NCBI GenBank assembly: GCA_951406725.2
Contig: OX597828.1
Span: 21,886,001-21,950,000, forward strand
Direction of reading: 5' to 3'
DNA from: Octopus vulgaris
Taxonomy: Eukaryota
DNA: 64,000 nucleotides
The notes beneath the pieces are model-generated. The model had not been told where the DNA came from and made no database searches. It worked only from the letters and a program-made list of their open reading frames with translations. This document shows, one piece after another, positions 14,791 through 29,469 of this stretch. Every line of letters starts with the position of its first letter. Position 1 is the stretch's first letter. The translations under genes were made by a program, and so were the position numbers.

Positions 14791-14799
14791 GTCCCCAAT

Positions 14800-15150
14800 T
14801 ATTCTGTCACACAAAAGGCATGGAATGTGCCGTCTTCTAGTTTCTTTACTCCTTGTTAGAAAAGCATATGCAGAATAAATCCATTCCGCTACTCATTTCA
14901 TGACACTCTCGTCCCCTTTTTGAAATACACACGAGAAGACAGTACCCACTTCTGCATGCGTTTCTTTCTCTTCAAATTATATTTGAAGAAATTGTTGAGA
15001 GATTGGCCATATAGGAAAGTGCCTGCCATCAAACCATTTAAATTGGTCCACCACACAGCCTCCTTTGCCACAGCAACTAGGCAGAGAAAGATTTCCCGCC
15101 CTTCTCAGATAATGGAAGGTGGTAACACGGATAAGAACCGAATCTGAAAT
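14800..15150 (-). mobile_element. Older Tx1/L1-like ORF2 C-terminal fragment
   Basis: Minus-strand IFLCLVAVAKEAVWWTNLNGLMAGTFLYGQSLNNFFKYNLKRK aligns with TFLSGQSLINFFKYHLKRK of 5266-5710. Confidence 0.7.
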
Positions 15151-15818
15151 CTACATTTTTCGAAACGGAGCTATATAAAACGTAACCATGTTACTTCAAT
15201 AAATTTGGCATTTCTGGAAGAAATACTTCGTTTCAGGGGCGGGGGGGAGGGCGAAAAAGAGTGAAGCAGACAGAAACTTTAGTCTTCATCATCAGTTCTG
15301 TTAATGCAGAATGGTTTCAAGTGGTGAATAGTTATTACAGTTGCCGTGTGATTGAGAAAAAATCTTTAATATTTATCAAATCCAACAGATATGTTGCATC
15401 TATCACGGCCTTATTTAGAAAATATGCAAGAGTGAACATAAATACACACATATACACGGATATACTCACATACGCGCACGTGCGCAAGCACACACATACA
15501 CACGCATATGTCAATAGCTATACACACACACACACATATATATATTTACATATTTATCAACAAGCATATATATGAATAGATATACAATTACGTACGTTAT
15601 GTATATATATATATATATGAATATATACTTGCTGATGTGTGTACACACATACACACACACACATACACATATATGCATATGTATGCAGACATATAAAATA
15701 TATATATATATATATATATACATATATACACACAAACATGTCTATATATATGTATATCTTTATATCTATCCATCTTTCTGTCTATCTATCTATCTACGTA
15801 TCTATCTATCAATCTATA

Positions 15819-15870
<52 letters not shown>

Positions 15871-16757
15871 ACCCCACTTTCTCTGTATAAATGTACATAT
15901 CCACAATCCATAACACACACACACACACACACCCAGAGTATATATTGGCGCATAAGCACATATAAAAGGCCATTTATACGCTTATACGCATCACTATATA
16001 TTTAGCAACGATGATCAATTACCTTCATTCTCTCATAACTAGCTCGTTCATCACATCTTTCAACTTGTGATTACAGGTGATTATAGGTGACGCTGTTTTT
16101 ATCTGCCAGTCACATGCACACACTAACACCTCCCCCCATACTCACTCACACACACACACATACACTCCCATGATGAAGATGCATTTGATATTAGGCAGGG
16201 TTAGAAATTGATAGATATATGCACACGTATAAAATTATAAGTACAAACCAAGAAATAAATAATCCGTTTGAATGCACATAACACACGCAAACACATATAC
16301 ATAAACTCACATCCATGCACACACATACACACATATGTAAACAAATATATGTTAACAAGTACACATACGCTCGCATACTCACATACGTACACAAAGTCAC
16401 AAACATATGCTGTCACAAATGCATAGAATAAAATATGACTTGTAAATTCTAAGACGTCCTTGTTTGAATTAATTTAATATAGGAACACAGCCTCAAATAT
16501 AGACGTAGAAATGGAGAGATACCTGGCAATCAAACATAAAGTCAATCAAACTCATACAGGTGCGTCACAAATGCGAGTTTATGGTTACACATGCAGAAGT
16601 AAAGAGGCAGAGAAGAAGAGCGAGGGAGAGAGGGAGGGAGAGTGCATTGACTATGTATATTTAAATTAAAACACACAGACGTGTATATATATATAAATAT
16701 ACATACGCACATATATGTATATAGGCTTATATTACATACATATATATGTATATATAC

Positions 16758-16815
<58 letters not shown>

Positions 16816-16879
16816 TGTACGTTTATATGTATCTGTATATGTATTAATATGTAAATAAGCATATGGATATGTAATATTT

Positions 16880-16916
<37 letters not shown>

Positions 16917-16978
16917 AACGGAAATGTATACACGTGATATGAGGTGCCGCTGGGATTATGCTAAAGCACGCGCATGTA

Positions 16979-17054
<76 letters not shown>

Positions 17055-17908
17055 ATCATATATATATATTGATATGTATACACATGCATACGTACGTACA
17101 TACACACTCACACACAGAAACACACACACACGCACACATTTTATACACTCACTCTTTTCTTCACTCTGTCTCTCTCTCTATACATATATACATGCTAACA
17201 CAGAAAAGCGCATAAATAATTTATAGAATTATATTTATATCTATCTATCTGTTTGTATGCCTGCCTGTCTGTTTGTCTCTCTATCTATATGTGTATGTGT
17301 GTGTGTGCGTGAGCGTGTGTGTTTGTGTGTCTATCTGTCTATGTATCTATCTTTTTTATACGTGCAAACTCACACAAGCACACACACACTCATATATATA
17401 TATATATCTTTATTTATTTATTTACAAACAATATGTGATATATGCATGCGTGTGCATATCATTATATGTATATGTGTGTGTGTGTGTGTGTGTGTGCGTA
17501 TATGTTGCATGTACATGTAAGCCTCTGCGCCAGCGCACCTGTTGGAACAGCACATATCTTTTATATGTAACTCTCAAGATAATTAATTGTACTATCACTT
17601 TCACCCATATTATATCTTCCCAAACCTCCTCACCTGATTTCTCTAAAGTATATTAAGTGAACAGCGTTGAAAGAAACTTTGCCGTTCCAAGACTTTACCA
17701 TTCTTCATATTGCACAAGTTTTTCCTGTCTTTAAATACCTCTATCCAAGATGATTGACACCTCAATGCCAGAGAATCACTTCTCCATCCAAAAATCTCAA
17801 TCGCTGGTTTTCTTTGGAAGTCAATCTGTCATTGTATTGTACAATATAGTATGTATGAATTCAACGATGTGTATAGCTATGAATGTTTGTATATGCCTTT
17901 ATGTGTTT

Positions 17909-17953
<45 letters not shown>

Positions 17954-18103
17954 AACATATATAAATATATATATACATACATTTATCTATATATAAATGC
18001 ACATTTACACACATAAATTTTGAAACATACACACACACGTGCGCACACACGCATATCTAGATGCATATATTTATATGTATATATATATAGTTAAATATAT
18101 ATA

Positions 18104-18144
<41 letters not shown>

Positions 18145-18170
18145 TTTATATATATGTATAATTATATATA

Positions 18171-18209
<39 letters not shown>

Positions 18210-18379
18210 CATATTTGCATTTGTTTTATTTTTATATATATTCGTATGTATAGATATTACTTATATATATATATATCCATACATACATACAGGCACGTAC
18301 ACTTGCACACACATACACATACACGCGTACGTATGGGTGTATCTTCAATCATCTGACATATTACTGATAAGAAAATAAT

Positions 18380-18459
<80 letters not shown>

Positions 18460-18909
18460 CAATAATAATGATAATGATAATAATAATAATATAATGATAA
18501 TACCAGGACCACAGCAACAAGAACGATAATAATAAAAACAAATAATATGCTCGATATTTTATCTTGTTTTTCTCTTTGTGACCAGTTCATATTTTTTGTA
18601 TTATCATTTTGATAAACATTATACGTAAAGTTATCTGCACTTTATCTTCTTTATAAATAATTCTTTGTTATATTTAAAGAAGAAGAAAAGGAAGAACCCG
18701 ATCAGGTTTATTTAGTTAATTATATCGACCTGAGAGAATTTTTTATTTTCTTTCTTTTTTCTCTTTTTCTCCTTTTTCCGTTCTCATCCTCCTCTCTGCT
18801 ACCTCCACTCCTTTTCCTGCCTCCTGTGTTGGTAATTATTTATTTTTATACTTTCTTCTCATACTTAACCACCAGCAATAATATTACGATTAAAAATAAC
18901 AACGATGGT

Positions 18910-19495
18910 TTCACATTTGCAGGCTTGGCCTCCGATTTTGTGTTGGAGCGGTTAGGTGATCACATTAATACCATTTATTTCATCACCTCATAAAAGATGA
19001 ACAACAATGTCGATTTCGGAAGAATCTGAACGCAAATCTCAAAAAGCCGAACGAAAGACGGCTAAACATCCCATCCGATACGCTAATGGTTCTGCCAGCT
19101 TGTTGAATTATTAGTGACAATAATAATGTTTTTTACTAGATCTACAAGGCCAGAATTTTAGAAGAGGAGTGTCATCAATTGCATTGACTCCAAGGTACGT
19201 ATTCTTTTGACCCCCGAAGATAAAAGGCAAAGTCGACCTTGGCAGAATTTGAACACCAAAACCAAAAGTGGACGAATTACTGCTGTGTATTTTGCTCGGT
19301 GGACCCCTTTATTACTAGCAATAATAATCCTTTCTACCCTATGCACGAGGTTAGATAGTTTGGAGAAAATGGGACGTTGATTATGTCGATCCCAGTATGC
19401 AACTGCTACAGGTACTTATCGCATCGACTCCGATAGTAGGAGAGGCAAAGTCCACCTCGGCGAAGCTTCAATACAAGACGCAAAGACAGACGGAC
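18910..19495 (-). mobile_element. Cluster of three degenerate SINE-B copies
   Basis: Repeated remnants of CCCGAA.G.T.AAAGGCAAAGTCGACCT.GGC.GAATTTGAAC at ~18990, ~19215 and ~19430. Confidence 0.65.
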
Positions 19496-19908
19496 AGGAT
19501 CATCAAGTTCTACGAATAGAATAACTACAACGCATCAGGAGTGGCGTCTATGGTTGTGTAATCAGATAATGAAATATTCGTTAAGACTCAAGCTCCAAGC
19601 TAAACTTCATTATATTTGGATAATGAGATTCGATAGTAACAGAGAGTCATGGGAATACGTTAAAGTATCGTGACCAAGAAGACAAATACACACACACACA
19701 TATGTACATCATAATTTTACATAGATAGTGTGTAATATTTCACCAAAAAGAAAATCTGTAATTGTCACCGAGAGTAACTAGGGAGTAAGAACACATACAT
19801 AGGTAGAAATAGGAGCTAAAAAAGCTATAACGCTATAGTTGAAGCACATAATTGTATACACATGCACTGATAGAGACCGTAATCGCCCGAAAGCAGCGGT
19901 CGAGAAAT

Positions 19909-19961
19909 TCCATGTACTGATTGGTCAGTTTCGGTTAATCCCGTAGCCTCATCAGTAGGGA
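19909..19961 (-). ncRNA. Type I hammerhead ribozyme motif with degenerate stem I
   Basis: UCCCUA-CUGAUGA-GGCUA cgggau UAACC-GAAA-CUGA ccaa UCAG-UA^CAUGGA; intact core and a perfect 5-bp stem III. Confidence 0.6.
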
Positions 19962-20298
19962 CCGCTTGACTCGACTTTATCCGGACTTGCTTCTCTGTCA
20001 GTACATATGTATTGACCATAAAAATGATTTAGCGAATCGCTAAAGTGTATACAAAAATATAAATCACACAGCAGTATGCAGTGTTTTACCAATACGGAAA
20101 ACTATAGTTGTCACTAAATTTGACCAGGGTGTTAGAACGCCTACATTGCTAGGAGAGCTAGAAAGCCCTAATGCTGCTGTTAAAGCACAATTGTATACAT
20201 ACATATATGTATACATGATTGCATGTCTGCTGTATGCATACATGTATGTATATGAAACTGTATGTCACGTGGAATTTAGGCAATACATATATATATGC

Positions 20299-20378
<80 letters not shown>

Positions 20379-20917
20379 GCACAGTCTTACATATATTTTT
20401 GACACGGATATAAATTGCTGTTCCTTGAGATCAAACAGACGACACTTATTCTTATTCTACGAATGTTATTTCTAGTGAACGCCATAGTTTACCAAGCGAA
20501 TCGGTGCTACTACAAATGAAGAATTGGAATTTGTAAGAAATGGTATCACGCACGTGCTTTAACCGAAACCAAGCGAGTTGTCTTTTTTTGTTTCTGTTCT
20601 TTTTTTTTTTTTTTTGTTTTTGTCTTCAACATTTAAGTTTCCATTTCAAATCTGCATCAGTTCCTTGTTTCACCTCATGATTATAATCTTTTTGATCGAA
20701 ATGTTGTATGAGAATTAATTTTGAGTCTTTTGATCTATATATATATATTTAAAAATGGCGTATTACAAAGATTTCTGTGCCATCTTACACAAATACACGT
20801 GTACAATGCTTAGAATATATATTTTCTAGTCTCATGAATACACATACAAACAAAAACCAAGGTATACCTATATCTATACATAATGTACGTATACACATGC
20901 ATTTGTACATGTATACA

Positions 20918-20981
<64 letters not shown>

Positions 20982-20986
20982 CATAC

Positions 20987-21076
<90 letters not shown>

Positions 21077-21173
21077 GTATATATATACATATATAAACAT
21101 ATATGATTACGAATGCGTATGTCTATACGCACACATATATCCAGGTATGAATCTATGAATGTTTAAGCATATA

Positions 21174-21220
<47 letters not shown>

Positions 21221-21949
21221 GTATGTATATATTTATTTATTCATGTATAAATTGTATGCATATTTGTGTGTAAGTGAGAGAGTGGGGAGAGATAAGAAAA
21301 AGAGAGAGAAGAAACAGAAAGGAAGGATGGAGAGAGAGAATGAGAGGAGAGAGAGAGGTGAAAGAGAAAGAGAGAGGGGGAGAAAGTGTGGGGCTGTGTA
21401 TGTATACGATGAAATATTTTGAAAGGTTGCGCTGAATGTGTGAAGCGGCACCCACCTTAAGCCCTCCAATCGAGGACCTTGCGACCCGGTCAAAATGTAA
21501 TTAAACCCACCGTAATTTAAGCGGAAAATGTAACTGAAAATCCGGAATATACAAACAGTAATGTTTCTATTGTGGAAGTATATATTCAGCAAAATAAAAT
21601 TATGATAGATATGAGCAAATCGAAATTACTGAGTATGACGTGTAGCATGTATTTGAACAACAAAGAATGATAAGGGTGACTGAAATACAATAATATACAG
21701 ATGGATCCTTGATTTGGAGATAGGGCTACAATCGCTTGGTGGTAACTGAGAACAACTTCAAATGTCCATATTGAAGGATTCTTTAAAATTGACAAAGCTT
21801 TATGGCAAGGACAGTTTGATTATACAACAACCACCATCAAGGGCATACGTTCAGCCACTAACACCCCCCCACGCTCACAGCCATATATATAATAATATAT
21901 TGGCTTCAAATTTTGTATCGATAAAATAAATAACAATTGTTTACTGGAT

Positions 21950-22120
21950 TCGATGAAATTGACTCTAATAGACAACTGGTCCCTGTACGTATTTTATCGA
22001 CCCCGAAAGGATGAAAGTCAAGGTCAATCTTGGTGGAATTTGGACCCAGAACTTAAAGACAAACGAAATTCCGCTAAGCATTTTGCCCGGCATGTTAACG
22101 ATGTTGCCAGCTCACCAGCT
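21950..22120 (-). mobile_element. SINE family B, diverged
   Basis: TTTATCGACCCCGAAAGGATGAAAG...CCGCTAAGCATTTTGCCCGGCATGTTAACG. Confidence 0.8.
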
Positions 22121-22142
22121 TCGCACATTTACATTAAACTGG

Positions 22143-22347
22143 TATTTCGTCGGTCTCGACGATCCGACCATTCATGAAATTTGCTTGAAATTGGTTGAGC
22201 ACTCCACGGACACGCGTACCCTTAACGTACGGAAATTCGGGGTGACACCGAATGTAACAGGGCAGGTCCGTTGAAATACAGGTACAACCCATTTTGTGCG
22301 AGATGAGTGGACTGGTGCAATGTGAATAAAGTGTCTTGCTCAAGGAC
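22143..22347 (-). mobile_element. SINE family C-related fragment
   Basis: Minus GTCCTTGAGCAAGACACTTTATTCACATTGCACCAGTCCACTCA shares its core with 41739-42030 (TTTATTTCACGTTGCTCCAGTTCACTCAGCTG). Confidence 0.65.
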
Positions 22348-22769
22348 GCTGTGTGGTAAGTAACTTGCTTACCAACTACATGGTTCCATGTTCAGTCTCC
22401 CTCCGTGGCACATTGAGCAAGTGTGTTCTACTATAGCCTCAAGCCGACCAAAGCCTTGTGAATGGATTTGGTAGATGGAAACTGAAATAAGCCCGTCTTA
22501 TATATGTATATATATATGTGTGTGTGTGTGCGCGTGTGTGTGTATGTGTGTGTGTGTGTTTGTGTCTGTGTTTGCCCCTCCAACATCGCTTGGCAACCGA
22601 TGCTGGTGTGTTTACGTCCCAGTATATTAGCGGTTAGGCAAAAGAGGCCGATAGAATAAGTATTAGGCTTTCGAAAGAATAAGTGCTGGGGTCGATTTGC
22701 TCGACTAAAGGCGGTGCTCCAGCATGGCTGCAGTCAAATGACTGAAACAATTAAAAGAGTAAAAGAGTA
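22348..22769 (+). mobile_element. SINE family A, near full length
   Basis: GCTGTGTGGTAAGTAACTTGC ... GACTGAAACAATTAAAAGAGTAAAAGAG. Confidence 0.9.
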
Positions 22770-23275
22770 GATCATCCAATAAGTGATCAGCATAATTTAC
22801 AAGGTTTCATTTTCTGGTGATAGTTATATAAACCACTGTACGTGAGTAGCGATTACTGGTTTCACACGTTCGCATTCACTTGTCTCAATTCACGAGACTA
22901 TCCCGGTGGAATGAGCAACGTTTCATAGTAACAACGTTTATATTTAAGATACTGCCTTCTTCTTACATAATAAAACTGATGAGAAACCTTTCTCAGCACA
23001 ATTCACTTTGTAAATACACAGTTATCTCTGATATCTTTGATGAAGATGTTATCTATCCCCTTGTTCAGATTGGATCAAAATGATTTATAGCCAAAAGGAA
23101 TTTTAGTCCTCACCAAGCCAATCCTTTCTTCTTATATTGTGTATCATAGACTTTATTGTCCAATATCCTTCAAGTGGGATTTTTCATGCGGATATTTGAT
23201 AGTAGATACATATCTACATGCAGTATATATATCTGTCTCCGTCTTCATAGATCTATGAAAATATCCTGCTCTGAA

Positions 23276-23314
<39 letters not shown>

Positions 23315-23393
23315 AAAACGCTCTCGCTTACTCTGTGCCTATGTTTTACTAGCTATCTAATCAACTTTACCTATATATAATGTGTATACATAC

Positions 23394-23428
<35 letters not shown>

Positions 23429-23446
23429 TATATATATATACATATT

Positions 23447-23530
<84 letters not shown>

Positions 23531-23660
23531 ATATGTGTGTGTGATAGGTATACATATATGTTTGGGCTTGATATATAAAGCATAGATACCTACATATATA
23601 AATACATACACATGTAAATATATATATGGATATATATATAGAGAGAGAAAAGCAATATAT

Positions 23661-23764
<104 letters not shown>

Positions 23765-24156
23765 GAGTGAGGGAGCGACAATATATAAGGACACATATAC
23801 AGAGAGAAACAAAAACTGAATTTATTCAAATGAACACTCTTATGTGCATATAAATATTTTTGTATTTGCAAAGTAAATCAATTTGCATTGAGGACAAAAA
23901 AATTACAGAAACCTAAGAGAAGTCTGACAGCTGTTTCTGAGGACTTTGAATAACGTAATAGATCTAATGATACTGTACTGGGAGATGAAGTGCGCAAAAA
24001 TTCAATTGCTCACGGACATAAGGCTTAGTGATTCAGAGCAGCGACCTGAATAATAATATTAGCAATTAGTGGCTTGGAGTTTAACTGCTCTTTCTAGTCA
24101 ATCAGGTATCCTATTCTTTGGGTATCCCTTTTGAGTTTGTACACTGTATTCTTCTC

Positions 24157-24199
<43 letters not shown>

Positions 24200-24207
24200 T
24201 TATATAC

Positions 24208-24360
24208 TATTATTCTGTTACGTGTTTCTGTCAGTCGACTACAGCCACGCTGGAGCACCGCCTTGAAATGTTTAGCCGAACAAATCGACCCCAAAGATTA
24301 TCATTTTAAAATCTAATAGTTATTCAAACGTCCCCTCCTTTTCCGAATCGCTAAGTTACG

Positions 24361-24364
<4 letters not shown>
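24208..24364 (-). mobile_element. SINE family A 3' fragment
   Basis: GCTGGAGCACCGCC...CAAATCGACCCC...GCTAAGTTACGGGGA, cut off by (TA)n. Confidence 0.7.
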
Positions 24365-24903
<539 letters not shown>

Positions 24904-25025
24904 AGATCACGTGACCGACCAGATCATCAGATGTTGTTACACATCGCTGGTCACAATGCGTTCGCATTGTTTTAGCCTTTGAATGACGCCACTCCGCTGG
25001 CTAAGCGAGCAGGCCATATATATAT

Positions 25026-25101
<76 letters not shown>

Positions 25102-25898
25102 TAGTTGATAAAGACGATATTAACTCCATTACCCTGAAGCTAAAAATAACTCCAAGAAATATGTTAATTTTATAACGTAAATTTGATTGCCGAAGATAGG
25201 ATACCTTTCGCATCTCATACACATGTGATGGTAAATTACACGAAATTCTTAGTGAACCTAACTTATGACATCTCCCTTACAATATGTTTGGCTCAGTATA
25301 TCATTTGAAACTTTACAAGAAGAAATGAAGACAATTTTCTACAAAACCTTCTCATAACATCTTATGTATTAGGTAGAGAGGCTCCCTCGTTGACTGACAG
25401 CGCTACCACAGCGATAATGTATTTACCCTATAACAGTACATACATAATCACTTCCATGTATCATATCATCAAACACCACAGGAGAGGTTAAAAATTACGG
25501 ACCACGTCTACATAACCTCAACCCCTCGGGACATGCACTTACAACCCTACAACACAGACGTCCGGGACTAAATGCAGAAAGATATTTAAACTCAATTATT
25601 TATTTTACCCCCTATTATCATTCCACTCTACACCCACATCATCCACCTGATCGGTAATTACTACATCTGTAAATAGTAGAGGCGAACTATCAGTCAAATA
25701 CACCATTGTACTGTCTTAACATTTTCAGTCACTTAACTTCAGGGGTTTCTTATCAGCAAAGAATCTATTTTGAATGTCATTTCAATAAGATAAATGCTAG
25801 ATTCCTATTGATAGTAAAATGGAAAAATTTGAAAGGTTTTAATTTAGTTTCAGCGTTTTGTCTTCTGATCTTATTTTAAACACTTTGATTTTGTCATC

Positions 25899-25985
<87 letters not shown>

Positions 25986-26134
25986 ATTATTATTATTATT
26001 ATTATTATTATTTCCATTTTAATTCTTCTTTCTTATATGTGTTTTTTTTTTCTTATTCGTTTGTCAATGAAATGTTCTCTTCTAATCACAGACAACAGTA
26101 GAAATGAGAACAGTGTAGTAAGAACGACAACTCA

Positions 26135-26205
<71 letters not shown>

Positions 26206-26399
26206 AATAGCAACAATAAAATCAGCAGTGTAGGATTATCTTATGAAATCCATTAGAAATAATTGCCATGCTGTAAATACATTCTTAACTTCCCGGAGAG
26301 AATAGCATTGGCATATATATATATATATGTGTATATATATATATATATATATACATATGTATGTTTATATATGTATATATACTACACATACATACATGC

Positions 26400-26435
<36 letters not shown>

Positions 26436-26837
26436 TAGTATATTAGTGAGTTTCTGAATGTGTGTGTCTGTTTTATATGTGAGTGTTTATGAGTGTGTCT
26501 CCATATACATACATACATATATATATGTATATATATGTATATATATATATATATATATGTATGTATATATATATATACATATATATATGTATGTATGTAT
26601 ATATATTTATACATATATATAGATATATATATGTATGTATGTATAGGTATTTTCGGATATAATTTGAAATAGATGTAGAAAGGTAGCTGACACCGCTTCA
26701 ATTGGAGAGACAAATTGGAATATGTCCGGATGACCTACACACATATACGCACTGTGATACCTGGATATGTACGTATGTGCATATGTACGTGTGTGTGCAT
26801 GCATGTAAATATATATATGTGTATGTATGTATATGTA

Positions 26838-26903
<66 letters not shown>

Positions 26904-27155
26904 TGTATATGCATGTATATATATACACATATATATATACATATATATACTCCTAGATATATGTAAATATATATTTATATGTACATATATAGAGTTTTTC
27001 CGAGAGAGAATGTTCGAATGTCTGTTTGTCCTCGTTTCATTTGCGAAAACGTAACGTGGATACTGCTTTGTTCTGCACGCACGTATAAAGAAAGACACGT
27101 ATATAGTTACATTCACATATACTCACATACATACAATCATACATAAGTGTATATA

Positions 27156-28784
27156 CAGTTGCGGTCAAAATGTTCAGAACGGCATTGTTTTCATCAGAAA
27201 AGTAGATATAATTTTTCATCAAAGTTGTTTTATATTCTATCATTTTCACAGACAGTAAAAATGACATTATTTGTTATTGCCTGAGATTTTGGTGTAATTT
27301 GAGAGGATAATACAAAAGTTATTGATGATTTAGTGATTTACTGCAAGATCCATGGCGGCCCAAATGATCAGAACGGTTGCTTTTACTCCGTGTTTTAGTA
27401 TATTTAACCGGCGAACTCTAATGTTTTGAATTTGTTTACGTGACGGTTCGTTTACTAAACATTAGTAAGAATATTTGCAGTGTACTTTGTTAATATAATG
27501 CCTCTTACTCCGTTACCAATTTGTCAGCAGATTATTAAGCTTCGAATGAAGGATAATTTAAGTATTGAATCTATTGCAAAGATTATTAACAAGTCAAAAA
27601 GTGTTGTACACGGTATTCTTAATGTCTACGATGATTGTGGTTCGTGTTAAGCAAGAAAGTTTACAGGTAGGCCAAGAAAAACGACCAAGAGAGAAGATCG
27701 TGCTATGGTAAAGTTGGTTAAAAGGACAGATTTAAAACTGCTGCTGCTGTTACTCGGAAAATGAGCATTGTATTGAAGAAAACTTTATCTCGAAAAACTG
27801 TCTCGTCGTTTAGTTGAATATGACCTACAAGCAAGAGCACCTGCAGTGAAGCCACTGATCAGCTCCAAGAATAAAAAGTGTCGTCTTACCTTTGCAACCG
27901 AACATGTGTTGTGGTCTCAAGAAAAATGTCAAACGGTGCATTTCAGTGATGAATCTAAGTTTATGTTATTTAGCTCAGATGGGAAAAGGCACGTTCGTAC
28001 AAAAGTAGGTGAAAAATTGTTGCCTAAATGCCTTAAGACTAGTGTTAAATTCGGTGGAGTAAGTGTCATGGTCTGGGGGATGATATCTGGAGATTGTGTG
28101 GGCCCTTTGGTGCGATTACATGAAAAGGCAAAAGCAGGAGTTTATAAACAACTTGTAAAAGATCATGTCTTGCCTGTGCTGAGAAATTCAACTAAGCGAC
28201 TACCCATATTCATGCAGGACAATTACAATGCCCCATGTCCCAAGGCTAAGTTGGTCATGAACTTCCTCAAGGCTGAAAAGGTTATTGTTATGGATTGGCC
28301 TGTTCAAAGCCCAGATCTCAATCCTATTGAAAATGTGTGGAATATTCTAGGAGAACGTTTGAAAGCCAGAAATCCTAAAACAACTGAGCAATTATGGAAT
28401 GCCCTTCAGGAAGAATGGAATAAGATCACCCAGCAAGAAATTGAAAATTTAATTTCCTCATGCAGTCGAAGATGTCAGAGTGTGATTGAAGCTAAAGGGC
28501 TTCACACTAAATATTAAATAAATCCAGTATTCTCTGTCATTTTTCTTTACTTTGTTATTTTTTCAACCGTTCTGACCATTTTGGCCGCCATGGGCTTTTC
28601 AGAAAATCCCTAAATCATCAATAACTTTTGTATTATCCTCTCAAATTACACTAAAATCTCAGACAATAACAATTAATATTGTATTTGTCTGTGAAACTTA
28701 TAGAATATAAAACTACTTTGACAAAAACTTATACCTACTTTTCTGACGAAAACAATGCCGTTCTGAACATTTTGACCGCAACTG
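27156..28784 (+). mobile_element. Full-length Tc1-family DNA transposon, IR/DR type (~1.63 kb)
   Basis: TA|CAGTTGCGGTCAAAATGTTCAGAACGG ... CCGTTCTGAACATTTTGACCGCAACTG|TA; ~220-bp TIRs (27156-27379 and 28564-28784), each with outer and inner direct repeats; TA TSD. Confidence 0.97.
27498..28517 (+). pseudogene. Tc1 transposase pseudogene
   Basis: ATG at 27498 gives MPLTPLPICQQIIKL..., stop at 27648, GRPRKT motif, frameshifts, then the catalytic domain FSDESKF / MQDN / SPDLNPIENVW. Confidence 0.95.
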
Positions 28785-28839
28785 TATATGTGTGTGGGTG
28801 AGTGTGCGCCTGTGTTTGTGTGTTTGTGTGTTTGTGTGT

Positions 28840-29250
28840 ATTCTTTTATACTTTTTTTACTAGTTTCAGTCATTTGACTGCGGCCATGCTGGAGCACCGC
28901 CTTTCGCCGAACGAACCACCCCAGGACCTATTTTTTGTTAAGCCTAGTACTTATTCTATCGATCTCATTTGCTGACCCACTAGTTTATAGTGACGTAAAA
29001 ACATCAACATCGGTTGTCAATCGACGGTGGATTGACAAACATAGGCCCGCAAACATATACATACACACATCATTCCATCCATCCATATATATATATATAT
29101 ATATATACAACGAGCTACTTTCAGTTTCCGTCCACGAAATCCACTCACAAGACTTTGGTCCGCCTGCGGCTATATTGAAAGACACTTGCCCAAGGTGCTA
29201 CGCAGTGGCACTGAACTCCGAACCATGTGGTTGGGAAGTAAGCTTCTTTA
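28840..29250 (-). mobile_element. SINE family A
   Basis: Collinear with other A copies (GTTTCAGTCATTTGACTGCGGCCATGCTGGAGCACCGCC ... AACCATGTGGTTGGGAAG). Confidence 0.9.
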
Positions 29251-29469
29251 TTTCATTACATTGGCTATAATGGCCTTACATATAGAAAGAAGCTGCAGTC
29301 TGGGACAGAGACGTAATGTTATATGAGATGAAAAGTGAAAATGATGATTAATGAAGGAAATAGACAACGCCCGCCGATTGTTGTTTCCCGAAAACATTGT
29401 TCTCTTATTTATCATACAAGAAACCTCTTACAGTTATTGATAATTGTTCATTAAAACACACACAAAAAT

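Noticed and set aside
19867-19902. Plus-strand CTGATAGA...CGAAAG hammerhead-like string
   Set aside because: The core has an insertion and stems I-III do not pair adequately.
28218-28331. Apparent DD36E spacing in the Tc1 transposase
   Set aside because: Explained by a 6-bp local duplication (GACAATTACAAT, QDNYNAP); removing it gives ordinary DD34E.
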